Shown here: one piece after another, positions 37,403 through 47,347 of the stretch | How positions within the stretch are numbered: position 1 is the stretch's first letter | Layout: the number at the start of each line of letters is the position of its first letter | Assembly (NCBI GenBank): GCA_963708135.1 | Contig: OY970192.1 | Span: 2,112,001-2,176,000, forward strand | DNA length: 64,000 nt | Source of the DNA: an uncultured Gemmatimonadales bacterium | GTDB taxonomy: Bacteria > Gemmatimonadota > Gemmatimonadetes > Longimicrobiales > RSA9 | Direction: 5' to 3' | The notes under the pieces: model-generated | Database searches by the model: none | The model's input: only the letters and a program-made list of their open reading frames with translations | What the model was told of the DNA's origin: nothing | Program-made: the position numbers and the translations under genes

Positions 37403-39390
37403 TGGCCACGTCGCGGAAGCTGGCGGCGCTGCATGCGCGGGTGGAGGCGGAGACGGAGCTTCCTGCCGCGGTCCGGCTGATCGAGCCCTCTCGCGAGGTC
37501 GATCCGTACCGGGAGATGGACCTGCTGCGGCTGGCGACGGCGGGCAGCGTGGACGACGGGAAGAGCACGCTGATCGGGCGCCTGCTCTACGACACGAAGT
37601 CGATCTTCGAGGACCAGCTCGAGGCCATCGAGGACGCGAGCCGGCGCCGGGGCGAGGACGGGGTGAACCTGGCGCTGCTCACGGACGGGCTGCGGGCGGA
37701 GCGCGAGCAGAACATCACGATCGACGTCGCCTACCGGTACTTCGCGACGCCGAAGCGAAAGTTCATCATCGCGGACACGCCGGGGCACGTGCAGTACACG
37801 CGGAACATGGTGACGGGCGCCTCGACGGCGGAGCTGGCGATCGTGCTGGTGGACGCGCGCCGGGGCGTGCTGACGCAGTCGAAGCGGCACGGCTTCGTGG
37901 CGTCGCTCTTCGGGATCCCGCACATCGTCGTGGCCATCAACAAGATGGACCTGGTCGGCTACGACGAGGCGGTGTACCGACGTCTCGTGGCCGAGTACGC
38001 GGAGTTCGCCGAGAAGCTGGGGGTGGGCGACCTCGTATTCATTCCGATCTCAGCGCTGAAGGGTGACAACGTGGTGACCCACGGCGAGAACATGCCGTGG
38101 TACGAGGGCACGACGCTGCTGCACCACCTGGAGACGGTGAACGTGGGGGCGGACCGCAACCTGGTGGACTTCCGCTTCCCGGTGCAGTACGTGGTGCGGC
38201 CGCACCAGGACTTTCGCGGCTTTGCGGGCCGGATCGTATCGGGCACGATCTCGCCGGGGGAGGAGGTCGTGGCGCTGCCGAGCGGGCACGCCACTCGGAT
38301 CCGCTCGATCGAGACGCCCGAGGGCCCGCGCAGCGAGGCAGTGGCCGGCGACTCGGTCGTGCTGACGCTGGAGGACGAGCTGGACGTGAGCCGCGGCGAG
38401 ATGCTGGTCCGCCGCATGAACGTGCCCACGGTGGCGGAGCGCTTCGAGGCCACGATCTGCTGGATGACGGAGCAGCCACTCGACCCGACCGTGGCGTACG
38501 TGCTCATGCACACGACGCGGCGGGTCAAGGCGTTCGTGAGCGAGGTCGTGTACCGGATCGACATGGACACGCTGCACCGGGAGCAGGCGAGCACCTTCGG
38601 GCTGAACGACGTGGGGCGGGTCGAGATCACGACGGCCCAGCCGATCTTCTTCGACGCGTTCCGCGCGAACCACGGCACCGGCAGCTTCATCCTGATCGAT
38701 CCGTTCACGAACGTGACGGTGGCCGCCGGGATCGTCCGTGGCCCGATCCGGACGGCGGAGACGCTGCCGTCCGAGGCGACGGCGGAGCGCCCCACCTCAC
38801 CGGGCGCGGTGTGGGCGGCGCCGAACATCCCGCGTGAGGAGCGCGAGCTCGACCTGGGCCATCGCGCGGCGGTGCTGTGGTTCACGGGGCTTTCCGGCTC
38901 CGGGAAGTCGACCGTCGCACGGGCGCTCGAGCGGCGCCTCTTCCGGGACGGCATCCGGACGATGCTACTGGACGGCGACCAGCTGCGGCACGGGCTGTCC
39001 GGCGATCTGGGCTTCGGCGCGGCGGACCGGCGCGAGAACATCCGCCGGGCGGGCGAGGTGGCGGCGCTGTTCTTCGAGCAGGGCAGCATCGTGCTGTGCA
39101 GCTTCGTCTCGCCCTTCCGCGAGGACCGCGAGCGGGTGCGGGGACTGGTGCCGGAGGGGCGCTTCGTGGAGGTGTACGTCCGCTGCGATCTCGAGGTGTG
39201 CCGCCGGCGCGACCCGAAGGGGCTCTACGCCCGCTCGGCGAGCGGCGAGCTGCGCGGGCTGACGGGGGTGGACGCGCCCTACGAGGCGCCGGAGCGGGCG
39301 GAGGTGGTGGCGGACACGATGGTCCACTCGCCGGACGAGCTGGTGGAGCAGATCGTCGCCCGCCTGCGCGGCCACGGCATCATCGACTGA
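37402..39390 (+). CDS. cysNC: Bifunctional sulfate adenylyltransferase subunit 1/APS kinase
   Basis: AGSVDDGKSTLIGRLL, DTPGH, NKMD; C-terminal APS kinase [23 protein letters not shown]. Confidence 0.95.
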   Translation: MATSRKLAALHARVEAETELPAAVRLIEPSREVDPYREMDLLRLATAGSVDDGKSTLIGRLLYDTKSIFEDQLEAIEDASRRRGEDGVNLALLTDGLRAEREQNITIDVAYRYFATPKRKFIIADTPGHVQYTRNMVTGASTAELAIVLVDARRGVLTQSKRHGFVASLFGIPHIVVAINKMDLVGYDEAVYRRLVAEYAEFAEKLGVGDLVFIPISALKGDNVVTHGENMPWYEGTTLLHHLETVNVGADRNLVDFRFPVQYVVRPHQDFRGFAGRIVSGTISPGEEVVALPSGHATRIRSIETPEGPRSEAVAGDSVVLTLEDELDVSRGEMLVRRMNVPTVAERFEATICWMTEQPLDPTVAYVLMHTTRRVKAFVSEVVYRIDMDTLHREQASTFGLNDVGRVEITTAQPIFFDAFRANHGTGSFILIDPFTNVTVAAGIVRGPIRTAETLPSEATAERPTSPGAVWAAPNIPREERELDLGHRAAVLWFTGLSGSGKSTVARALERRLFRDGIRTMLLDGDQLRHGLSGDLGFGAADRRENIRRAGEVAALFFEQGSIVLCSFVSPFREDRERVRGLVPEGRFVEVYVRCDLEVCRRRDPKGLYARSASGELRGLTGVDAPYEAPERAEVVADTMVHSPDELVEQIVARLRGHGIID

Positions 39391-39411
39391 GGCACCCCCG
39401 GCCCGGCGATC

Positions 39412-40626
39412 TCACGCCACGGCCGACCTCACCAACGCCAGGATCCGCGCCGTCTCGGCTGCGGTCACACGCGAGTGGCTCGGCAGCGTGACGAGGGCGG
39501 CGGCGAGCCGCTCGGCGCCCGGCATGCGCGCGTGGGGATCGACGAGGTGTCTGTGTACCTCCGGCCAGCCGGCGAGCGGGGTGGGGTAGCCAGGCGCAAT
39601 CCCGAGCCGCATCGCGGCACTCACGTCCTCGAACGAGGCCATCCCCCGGGGGAGCAGGATCGGCAGGCGGAGGTATCCCGGGGCCGCCCCTTCCGCTGGG
39701 CGGACGACCCCCACGCCGGCAACGGCCCGTATCCCCTCGAGCAGCTCCGCCGCGTTGCGCCTTCGCGCCTCGGCCTCCTCCAGCGCGACCTGGCGCGCGC
39801 CGAGCGCCAGGGCCGCGGCCGAGCGGGACATCGCGGCCGGCGGGCCTGGGTCGTGGTAGCGGGTCTCCCCGAGGCGCAGAAACGGCAGCGCACGGGGAAG
39901 CCCGTAGAGCGAGGGGCGACCGAGAAGCGCCTGGAGCGCGGCCCGGAGCACGACCGGTGCGCTCCGGGCGCGGTCGGCCGCGGCACGTGTCCGGCGCGCG
40001 GAAAGGAGGTCCGCCACGGTCCCGTCGCCTGCCCCGGTCCTGAGCAGGAGGGCGCCCCCGGCCCCGCCCGTCCAGCCCTTGCCGCGCCCGAAGCTCAGCA
40101 CGCTCAGGCCCGCGAGGGCGCCGAGCGGGCGGCCGAGCCAGGTAGCGCCGTGCCCCTGTGCAGCATCCTCGGCCAGGACCGCGCCGTACGCATGGACGAG
40201 CGCGGCGAGTGCATCCCAGTCGAGCGGCATGCCGAAGAGCGGCGCTGCCACGACGATGCCTGCCCCGAGCCGCAGCGCGCGCTCGAGAGAGTCGAGGTCG
40301 GGGGCGAGCGTAGCGGGGTCCAGGTCGTAGAGAACGAACCGGAGACCCGCACCCACCGCCGCAGCGGCAACCTCGGGACAGGCGAACGCCGGCAGCGCGA
40401 CGAGGGCCTCGCCCGGCCGCGCCTCGCACGCGCTTTCCAGTGCCACCGTCAGGGCCTGCGTACCGCTGCCGAAGAGCCGGACCGCATCGGCCGAGTAATC
40501 GCCCCGGAGTAGTGCCGCGAGCCGCACGCGCGGATCGGGGGCGCCGGCGCGCCCGCTCCGGAGCAGCTCGGCGAAGGCGCCGGCCGGCAGCGGAGAGTAT
40601 GCCGGCGGCTGCGACCTCAGGGTCAT
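39412..40626 (-). CDS. DegT/DnrJ/EryC1/StrS family PLP aminotransferase
   Basis: SGTQAL, LPAFACP, EDAAQGHG, SFGRGK..GGAGG. Confidence 0.8.
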   Translation of the reverse strand: MTLRSQPPAYSPLPAGAFAELLRSGRAGAPDPRVRLAALLRGDYSADAVRLFGSGTQALTVALESACEARPGEALVALPAFACPEVAAAAVGAGLRFVLYDLDPATLAPDLDSLERALRLGAGIVVAAPLFGMPLDWDALAALVHAYGAVLAEDAAQGHGATWLGRPLGALAGLSVLSFGRGKGWTGGAGGALLLRTGAGDGTVADLLSARRTRAAADRARSAPVVLRAALQALLGRPSLYGLPRALPFLRLGETRYHDPGPPAAMSRSAAALALGARQVALEEAEARRRNAAELLEGIRAVAGVGVVRPAEGAAPGYLRLPILLPRGMASFEDVSAAMRLGIAPGYPTPLAGWPEVHRHLVDPHARMPGAERLAAALVTLPSHSRVTAAETARILALVRSAVA

Positions 40627-40718
40627 GAGCGAACTTCTCCTCGCGCGGACGGTTCGGCCCTGATCGAGCGTGGAGTATGGACGCCCGGCACCGTTCGTGG
40701 CAACGACCCCTGGCGACC

Positions 40719-40736
40719 TGTTGCATGCGTGCTACA
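40719..40736. promoter_or_regulatory. Palindromic activator site, copy 6
   Basis: TGTTGC-ATGCGT-GCTACA. Confidence 0.68.
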
Positions 40737-40845
40737 TTGGCCCGCGAGGGGCCCGGCGGGCCGGCGCGGCCCGCGCTCCGCCCGGGAAGCGCGCAGGCGC
40801 GGCCGCCCGGAGCGAGCCACGGCGCGCGGGACGAACGCACGCTCC

Positions 40846-40861
40846 CGGCACATGTTGTGCT
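40846..40861 (+). promoter_or_regulatory. sigma54 -24/-12 promoter
   Basis: CGGCACATGTTGTGCT, about 85 bp upstream of ATG 40947. Confidence 0.65.
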
Positions 40862-40946
40862 GCGCCCGCGTGGCGAGGCTGGGTCCTCCTGGGGGACACG
40901 TGCGACGATCGGACCACCAAAGCGGCACAACAGAACGAGACAATCC

Positions 40947-43900
40947 ATGGTTGGATTCTGGGTTCGCCCGGCCGCTCGCGGGCTGCAGGCCGCGACTTGC
41001 GTGCTGGTGCTTTGCGCCGGAAGCCTGGCCGGCCAGACGTTGACGACCGGGTCGATCCGGGGCGTGGTGCGGGGTGAGGCCGGCGCCGGGCTCGGCGGCG
41101 TATCCGTGATGGCGGTCGATGCGGCGACGGGCGTGTCGCACTCCGCGATGACGGCGCCAGGCGGGGTCTTCGTCTTCTCTCAGCTCACGCCCGGAGAGTA
41201 CGACGTCGTGGCGGAACGGCTGGGCTACCGGCCGAAGCGGGTACTGAACGTTCCGGTGCAGCCGCTGGCTTCGACGCCGGTGATCGTGGCGCTTGCGCCG
41301 GCTCCCCCGCCGGTGGGCGCGGCGGACGTCGAGCCATATGGTGGGGCGGCGCTCGCGACGGGCGGCACGCGGCAGTGGTTCGGGCGCGAGCAGGTGAACG
41401 GCTACCCGGACCTGCGCCGCGAGCTCGCGGACGTGGGTCGGCTCTCGAGCCTCTCCGACGGGGCGCTCTCGATGCAGGGGCTCCCGGGTTGGATGGCGGA
41501 CGTCGTGGTGGACGGGATCCCCGGCGCCGCGGTGCGGCAGCCGGGAGTCGCGGACGAGCGGATGCGTACGGCGGCGTTCCCGCTGAGCGGCATCGAGGCG
41601 GCGGAGCTGGTGACGAACCCGGCCGACGTGGAGTGGCCGGGCAGCGCGGCTGGGCTGCTGGCGGGATACACCCTGCGCGGGACGGACAAGCTTCGGGTGA
41701 GCGGGTTCGGCCGGTGGTCGGGCGGACCGCTCGGCAGCTCAGACCCGGGAGCACAGGCGGAGGGCACTCCGACCGACCTGCAGGGGGCCGTGGTGCTGGC
41801 CGGGCCGCTGGCGGGCGACAGCGCCCACATCCTCGTCGGCGTGGAAGGGCGACGGGTGGAACGCCCGCTGGGAGCGGCCTGGGCCGGGGCGGCAGCGAGC
41901 GCCCTGCAGGGGGCGGCGCGGGACGGCCTCGGCGTTACGCTGGACCCCTATCTCGAGCCGCGGAAGGTCAGCAGCGAGGTGATCTCCGCCTTCAGCCGGG
42001 TGGACTGGCAGGTCACCCCCGTCCACGCGGTGGAGCTTCGGGCATCGTTCGCAACGCTTCCGACCTCCGATCCCGGGTTCGACGTAACCCGCGCGGGCAT
42101 CGGACCGCTCACGACGCTGAAGGGGTCGGACGTGTCGGTGGGCGCGACGCTGCGGTCGGAGCTCTCGGCGGAGCTGACGTCGGAGCTGCGGATCGGGGTC
42201 GATCGCGGGACACGCGAGCGTGCGGCGGCTCCGATCGCCGGGATCGCGCAGGGCGCGGCGCTCCCCTTCGTCGCCCTGGCGTCGGACCGGCTGGCCTTCG
42301 GCACGGACCCGACGCTGCCGGGCAGCTTCACGGAGACGACGATCCACGCCAGCGAGACGCTCCAGAAGACCGCGGGTGCCCAGGAACTGAAGTTCGGGAT
42401 CGACCTCGCCGCGCCGAAGTACCAGGAGACGTACCGCTACGGCTCCGCGGGCGAGGTGTTCTTCGGCAGCGTAGCGGGCGTCGGCGCGAGGGATGGCGTC
42501 TTCATGGAACCCACGGGCGCGGCGCCGACGGCGAGCTTCTCCGTTCCGCGCGTCTCCCTGTTCCTGCAGGACCACTGGGCGGCGTTGCCGGGCCTGGATC
42601 TGGTGGGCGGCGTGCGCGTGGATCGAGACCGGCTGCCGTCGAGCGACATCACGCTCAACCCGGCCTGGGACAGCCTCACGGCGATCTCGAACGCGAGCCT
42701 CGCGTCCGGCCGGACTCACGTCTCGCCGCGCGCCAGCCTGACGTGGGACCTGGGCGAGCAGGGCCGGTGGATCCTCGAGGCCGCCGGGGGGCTCTACTAC
42801 GATCGGATCGATCCCGCCGTGCTGGCGCAGCTGCTGACGGACGACGGCCGCACGCAGATCCGGCGCGGCATCGGGGTCGTGGACAGCTGGCCGACGTTCA
42901 CCAGCGTTTCGGGCACGACGACGCTGGCGCCGAGCCTGAGCGTGGCGGGCCCGAAGCTCGATGCTCCGCGGACGGCGCGCGGGAGCGCGAGCCTGACCAT
43001 GGTGCTGGGCGGCGGGACGCGGCTGAGGATCGGCGGGATCGTGCGCCACACGGACTACCTGCCGCGCAGCATGGACCTGAACCTGGTGCCGGCCGCGATC
43101 GGGCAGGACCAGTTCGGGCGTGCGCTCTATGGCCAGCTCGTCCAGAAGGGCGGGGTCCTGGCGGCGCAGCCTGGGTCGAACCGGCGCTTCAGCAGCTTCG
43201 ACATCGTGTCGGGGATCTCATCCGATGGGAGCTCCGACTACCGCGCCGTGACCATCTCCCTCGAGCGGGAGGCCAGCACGCGGCTCTCGCTGCTGGCGGG
43301 CTACACCTACTCGCAGTCCACCGACAACTGGCTGGGCAGCGGAGTGTTCGGAGAGGCCACGGCGTTCCCGCCGCTGCTGGGCGGGACCGCGTCGGGGTGG
43401 GCGGACGGGACCTCCGACTTCGATGTGCCGCACCGCTTCGTGGCCGGCGCCCAGATCCGCGGACCGGCGGGGGTCCGGCTGGCGGCGCTCTACCGCTACG
43501 CGTCCGGCCGGCCGTTCACTCCCGGCTTCGGGCCGGGCATCGACGCCAATGGCGACGGCATTGCCGGCAACGATCCGGCGTTCGTGTCCCGCGACGTGAG
43601 CGGTGCGTCGGACCTGGTGGGCCAGTGGAGCTGCCTCGCCGGGCAGGCGAGCGCGTTCGCGGCGCGGAACAGCTGCCGGGGGCCCGCGATGCAGACGCTG
43701 GATGCGCGGCTGGCGGTGAAGGTCTTCTCGTTGGGTGCTTCCACCGCCGAGCTGCGCGTGGAGGGGCTCGACCTGATCCACGAGGGAACAGACGTTCCCG
43801 ACCCGGCGCTCTACCTGGTGAATCCGGCGGGGACGCTCACGAGTGACGCCAGCGGCCGCGCAACGGTTCCGCTGATGGCGAATCAGCACTTCGGCAACCC

Positions 43901-43958
43901 GCTCGGCTTCAGCGCGCCGGGCGCGACGATCCTCCTTGGCATTGCCCTGAACTGGTGA
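40947..43958 (+). CDS. Oar-like TonB-dependent outer-membrane beta-barrel with an N-terminal carboxypeptidase-regulatory-like domain
   Basis: Signal peptide from ATG 40947, then QTLTTGSIRGVV..L.PG.Y.V.AE..G; SLFLQDHW, SPR, SDFDVPHRF; terminal W. Confidence 0.8.
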   Translation: MVGFWVRPAARGLQAATCVLVLCAGSLAGQTLTTGSIRGVVRGEAGAGLGGVSVMAVDAATGVSHSAMTAPGGVFVFSQLTPGEYDVVAERLGYRPKRVLNVPVQPLASTPVIVALAPAPPPVGAADVEPYGGAALATGGTRQWFGREQVNGYPDLRRELADVGRLSSLSDGALSMQGLPGWMADVVVDGIPGAAVRQPGVADERMRTAAFPLSGIEAAELVTNPADVEWPGSAAGLLAGYTLRGTDKLRVSGFGRWSGGPLGSSDPGAQAEGTPTDLQGAVVLAGPLAGDSAHILVGVEGRRVERPLGAAWAGAAASALQGAARDGLGVTLDPYLEPRKVSSEVISAFSRVDWQVTPVHAVELRASFATLPTSDPGFDVTRAGIGPLTTLKGSDVSVGATLRSELSAELTSELRIGVDRGTRERAAAPIAGIAQGAALPFVALASDRLAFGTDPTLPGSFTETTIHASETLQKTAGAQELKFGIDLAAPKYQETYRYGSAGEVFFGSVAGVGARDGVFMEPTGAAPTASFSVPRVSLFLQDHWAALPGLDLVGGVRVDRDRLPSSDITLNPAWDSLTAISNASLASGRTHVSPRASLTWDLGEQGRWILEAAGGLYYDRIDPAVLAQLLTDDGRTQIRRGIGVVDSWPTFTSVSGTTTLAPSLSVAGPKLDAPRTARGSASLTMVLGGGTRLRIGGIVRHTDYLPRSMDLNLVPAAIGQDQFGRALYGQLVQKGGVLAAQPGSNRRFSSFDIVSGISSDGSSDYRAVTISLEREASTRLSLLAGYTYSQSTDNWLGSGVFGEATAFPPLLGGTASGWADGTSDFDVPHRFVAGAQIRGPAGVRLAALYRYASGRPFTPGFGPGIDANGDGIAGNDPAFVSRDVSGASDLVGQWSCLAGQASAFAARNSCRGPAMQTLDARLAVKVFSLGASTAELRVEGLDLIHEGTDVPDPALYLVNPAGTLTSDASGRATVPLMANQHFGNPLGFSAPGATILLGIALNW

Positions 43959-45535
43959 AGAAGATGCGCAGGCTCCTCGCAGTCAGTTTCTGCGCCGTGG
44001 CGGTCGTCACTGCGGCCGTCTCGCTGTCCGGATGCGACTCCAACGGGGCCGACCGGGTGCTCTCGGTCGATGCGACCGGGACCGTGGCCGCCGGCGCGTT
44101 CATCGACCGGAACGGCGATGGCGTCTTCCAGACCACGGACGCTCTGGCGCCGGGCGTGAAGATCTCCCTCGTCTGGCCCGGTGGCACCACTCCGGTGGCA
44201 AGCGGCGTGACCACGCCCGGCGGCACGCTGCTGCTGCGGGATGTGCCGGTGGGACGCTACGATGTAGTCGTGGACGACGCCTCGTTCGGCGACTCGCTCC
44301 GGGTGACGCGCATCGACACATCCGTCGTCACCGTCGCGGCCGGGGACACGGCCCGGGCCATCGTCGCGCTCGGATACCCGCCCGCGAGCATCGCGGCCGT
44401 ACGGCAGATGCCCGTCGGGCGGAAGGTGGAGGTGGAGGGGATCGCGCTCAATGGCTGGGCCGCCTTCGGCGACTCGAGCGTCTTCGTACAGGACTCCACG
44501 GGGGCGCTGCGCGCAGTCCGCGTCCGGCCGACGCAGCTGTTCCTGGGAGACAGCGTCCGCCTGGTCGGGACGGTGAGCGTGCTGAACGGGCAAACGGTGC
44601 TGGCGGGCGTGGACGCCCGGGTGCTCGCGACCGGGATCACCCCGCCCGAGCCGATCCCGCTCAGCACGGCCAACGCCGCCACGGCCAACGGTGGGACGCT
44701 CGATGCGGCGCTCGTCCGGATCACCGGCGCGAGCATCCTCTCGCTGCGGCTCGACACCGATGGCAACCTCGTCGCCACGGTGGATGATGGTTCCGGCGCG
44801 GTGGACCTGGTCATCGGCGCACACACGGCGATCCAACTCCAGCCGACGTTCACGCCCGGCGCCCTGCTGGATGCCACTGGTCTGCTAGCCCCCGTGGCCG
44901 GCCAATCCACCTGGGCGCTTCATCCGCGCACGGGCACCGATCTCAATGCGACTTTCCGGTCCGTGACCATCGCCGAGGCGCGCACGCTCCCGGTCGGACG
45001 AGCCGTGCAGGTTGAGGGGATCGCGCTCAACGGTTGGGCCACGTTCGCGGACTCCACGGTGCACATCGTGGATTCGACCGGCGCCCTGCGGATGCTTCAC
45101 GTGAAGCCCGTGACCCTGTTCGCGGGCGACAGCGTGCGCATGATCGGCACGATCGCCATGCGGGACGGCCAGGTGGTGCTGACCGGGGTCACACCGCTCG
45201 TTCTCGCCACGGGACGGACCGTGCCGACGCCACGGACGATCACTACGGCCGTGGCGGCGAACGCGTCGGCCGGTGTCCTCGACGCGGCGTTGGTGCACAT
45301 TACCGGGGCCGTCGTGCAGGACACGATGTACGATGCGGTGAGCGGCGACCTGGGGCTGTGGGTGGATGACGGAAGCGGGCAGGTGCTCGTGGTAATCGAC
45401 CGGGATCTGGGGCTGGCACTCGGGCCGTATGCTCCCGGCAAGACGCTGGACATCACTGGTCTGCTCATCCCGACGGCGGGCGGAGCGACCTGGTTCCTGA
45501 AGCCGCGCTCCGGGGCCGACCTGGTGGTGCATTAG
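43955..45535 (+). CDS. Lipoprotein: SdrD-B-like domain plus two ~190-aa tandem repeats (OB-fold-like)
   Basis: Lipobox LSGC; FIDRNGDG; duplicated VEGIALNGWA.F.DS...DSTGALR...LDAALV.ITGA...VDDGSG...PR.G.DL. Confidence 0.75.
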   Translation: MKKMRRLLAVSFCAVAVVTAAVSLSGCDSNGADRVLSVDATGTVAAGAFIDRNGDGVFQTTDALAPGVKISLVWPGGTTPVASGVTTPGGTLLLRDVPVGRYDVVVDDASFGDSLRVTRIDTSVVTVAAGDTARAIVALGYPPASIAAVRQMPVGRKVEVEGIALNGWAAFGDSSVFVQDSTGALRAVRVRPTQLFLGDSVRLVGTVSVLNGQTVLAGVDARVLATGITPPEPIPLSTANAATANGGTLDAALVRITGASILSLRLDTDGNLVATVDDGSGAVDLVIGAHTAIQLQPTFTPGALLDATGLLAPVAGQSTWALHPRTGTDLNATFRSVTIAEARTLPVGRAVQVEGIALNGWATFADSTVHIVDSTGALRMLHVKPVTLFAGDSVRMIGTIAMRDGQVVLTGVTPLVLATGRTVPTPRTITTAVAANASAGVLDAALVHITGAVVQDTMYDAVSGDLGLWVDDGSGQVLVVIDRDLGLALGPYAPGKTLDITGLLIPTAGGATWFLKPRSGADLVVH

Positions 45536-45583
45536 CGGGGCACGCCCGGCGGGCGCCCCGAGCCGGGCGCACCACGAGAGTCG

Positions 45584-45617
45584 AGGGGCCCGTCCGGAGA
45601 GATCCGGGCGGGCCCCT
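45584..45617. terminator. Hairpin between convergent genes
   Basis: AGGGGCCCGTCCGGA-gaga-TCCGGGCGGGCCCCT. Confidence 0.65.
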
Positions 45618-45640
45618 TCCCCTTCGCGGAGCGAGCGCGC

Positions 45641-47164
45641 TCAGGCCTTGGCCAGCGCGGTGCGACGCTGGAGGCCGTGGCGCTCCATGAAGCGGTAGAG
45701 GGTGGTGCGGTCGACGCCCGCGACGCGGGCGGCCTTGGAGATGTTGCCCTCCGCATGGGCGATCAGGGAGATCAGGTACTTGCGCTCGAAGTCCGCCAGG
45801 AGCTGCTCGCGGAGATCGTGGTAGGAGCGTCCCGAGTCGAGGGCCGCCGTGAAGCTCATCGACATCCCCGTTGCCGCCTCCGGCGCATCGGCTCCCTCGA
45901 TGAGCGGAAGCTCCGTCGGCTGGATCTCGCTTCCCGGCTCCAGCAGGACGACGGCGTGCTCGATGACGTTCTGCAGCTCGCGGACGTTGCCGGGCCAGGC
46001 GTGGCGCTGCAGCGTACGCAGCGCGGCGGCGCCGAACGCCGGCACCTCCTCGCCGCGCCGGTGGCGCGCCCAGAAGGTGCCCAGGAAATGCTCGGCCAGG
46101 ATCGGGATGTCCTCCAGGCGCTCGCGCAGCGGCGGGATGTGGAGCGGGACGACACGGAGCCGGTAGAAGAGGTCGCGCCGGAGCGAGTCATCCTCCATGG
46201 CCTCCTGCGGGTCCCGGTTCGTCGCGGCGATGAAGCGGATGTCCACCTGCGCGTTCACGACCGTGCTTCCCACGCGCCGCACGATGCCGTCCTGGATCAC
46301 CCGCAGCAGCTTGGCCTGCATCGGGAGCGGCATCTCGGTGAGCTCATCCAGGAAGAGCGTGCCGGAATCCGCAGCCTCGAGCAGCCCCTCCTTCTCCACG
46401 ACCGCGCCGGTGAAGGCGCCCTTCACGTGCCCAAACATCTCCGACTCGAGAAGCGCCTCGGGCAGCGCCGCACAGTTGAGCGCCACCAGCGTCCGACGGC
46501 TGCGGCGGCTGTTCTGGTGGATGAACTGCGCGATCACCTCCTTGCCACTGCCGCTCTCCCCGGTGATGAAGACCGAGGCGTCGGTTCTCGCCACGCGACG
46601 CGCCAGGTGCACCGCCTCGCGGAACGCGGGCGAGACACCGAGCAGACGGAGCGGCCCGGACCGGTCCGAGCCGCCGGTCTCGACCACCTGCGAGCGCCTG
46701 AGCTGCCCGACCGCGTGCGCCGCGCGGCCGACCAGCACGCGCAGGTGCTCGGCGGAGAAGGGCTTGGGGATGTAGTCCCAGGCACCAGCGCGAAGCGCCT
46801 CGAGGCTCGCCTCGACACTCGGATTGCTCGCGACCATCACGATGATCGTCTCGGGATGAGACAGAAGGCAGGCGCGCAACAACTCCATTCCCGGCACCTG
46901 CGGCATGTCCGCATCCAGCAGCACCAGGTCGTATCGCTGGCGGCGCACGATCTCCAGCGCCTCCTCGCCGCGCGAGCAGACCGTCACCGCGTGATCGTCC
47001 AGTTGCAGGATGCTCGCGCATCCCTGCGCGAGCGCCGGCTCATCCACCACGAGTGCGCGCAGCAGAGTGCGGCCGTCCGCCGGCACCGCCGCGTCCGCCA
47101 CCGCATAATCCCCCAACCGCCCCCGCATCCGCTTCCCGGAGACCACCGAGCCACCTACGGACAT
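45641..47164 (-). CDS. sigma54-dependent activator (REC-AAA+-Fis HTH), paralog 2
   Basis: GESGSGKE, GAFTGA, WPGNVRELQN, HTH ISKAARVAGVDRTTLYRFM; GGAGG-type RBS before ATG 47164. Confidence 0.92.
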   Translation of the reverse strand: MSVGGSVVSGKRMRGRLGDYAVADAAVPADGRTLLRALVVDEPALAQGCASILQLDDHAVTVCSRGEEALEIVRRQRYDLVLLDADMPQVPGMELLRACLLSHPETIIVMVASNPSVEASLEALRAGAWDYIPKPFSAEHLRVLVGRAAHAVGQLRRSQVVETGGSDRSGPLRLLGVSPAFREAVHLARRVARTDASVFITGESGSGKEVIAQFIHQNSRRSRRTLVALNCAALPEALLESEMFGHVKGAFTGAVVEKEGLLEAADSGTLFLDELTEMPLPMQAKLLRVIQDGIVRRVGSTVVNAQVDIRFIAATNRDPQEAMEDDSLRRDLFYRLRVVPLHIPPLRERLEDIPILAEHFLGTFWARHRRGEEVPAFGAAALRTLQRHAWPGNVRELQNVIEHAVVLLEPGSEIQPTELPLIEGADAPEAATGMSMSFTAALDSGRSYHDLREQLLADFERKYLISLIAHAEGNISKAARVAGVDRTTLYRFMERHGLQRRTALAKA

Positions 47165-47264
47165 CCACCCCTCCCTCGATAAGCTGTTCCCACCGCGCGG
47201 GCGAATGGATCCACCGCCCGCACCGCCGCTGGCGACGCGCATGCATACGAAAAGCATCAACTCC

Positions 47265-47280
47265 GGCAAAGCCAGCGCCG
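47265..47280 (-). promoter_or_regulatory. sigma54 -24/-12 promoter
   Basis: Minus strand CGGCGCTGGCTTTGCC, similar to the element at 29773-29788. Confidence 0.65.
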
Positions 47281-47347
47281 TTGCTGATGCTTCCAGTGAT
47301 GCCCGGATTTTTTACCTCGCGGGACGCGTCGTACTAGATAAGACACG

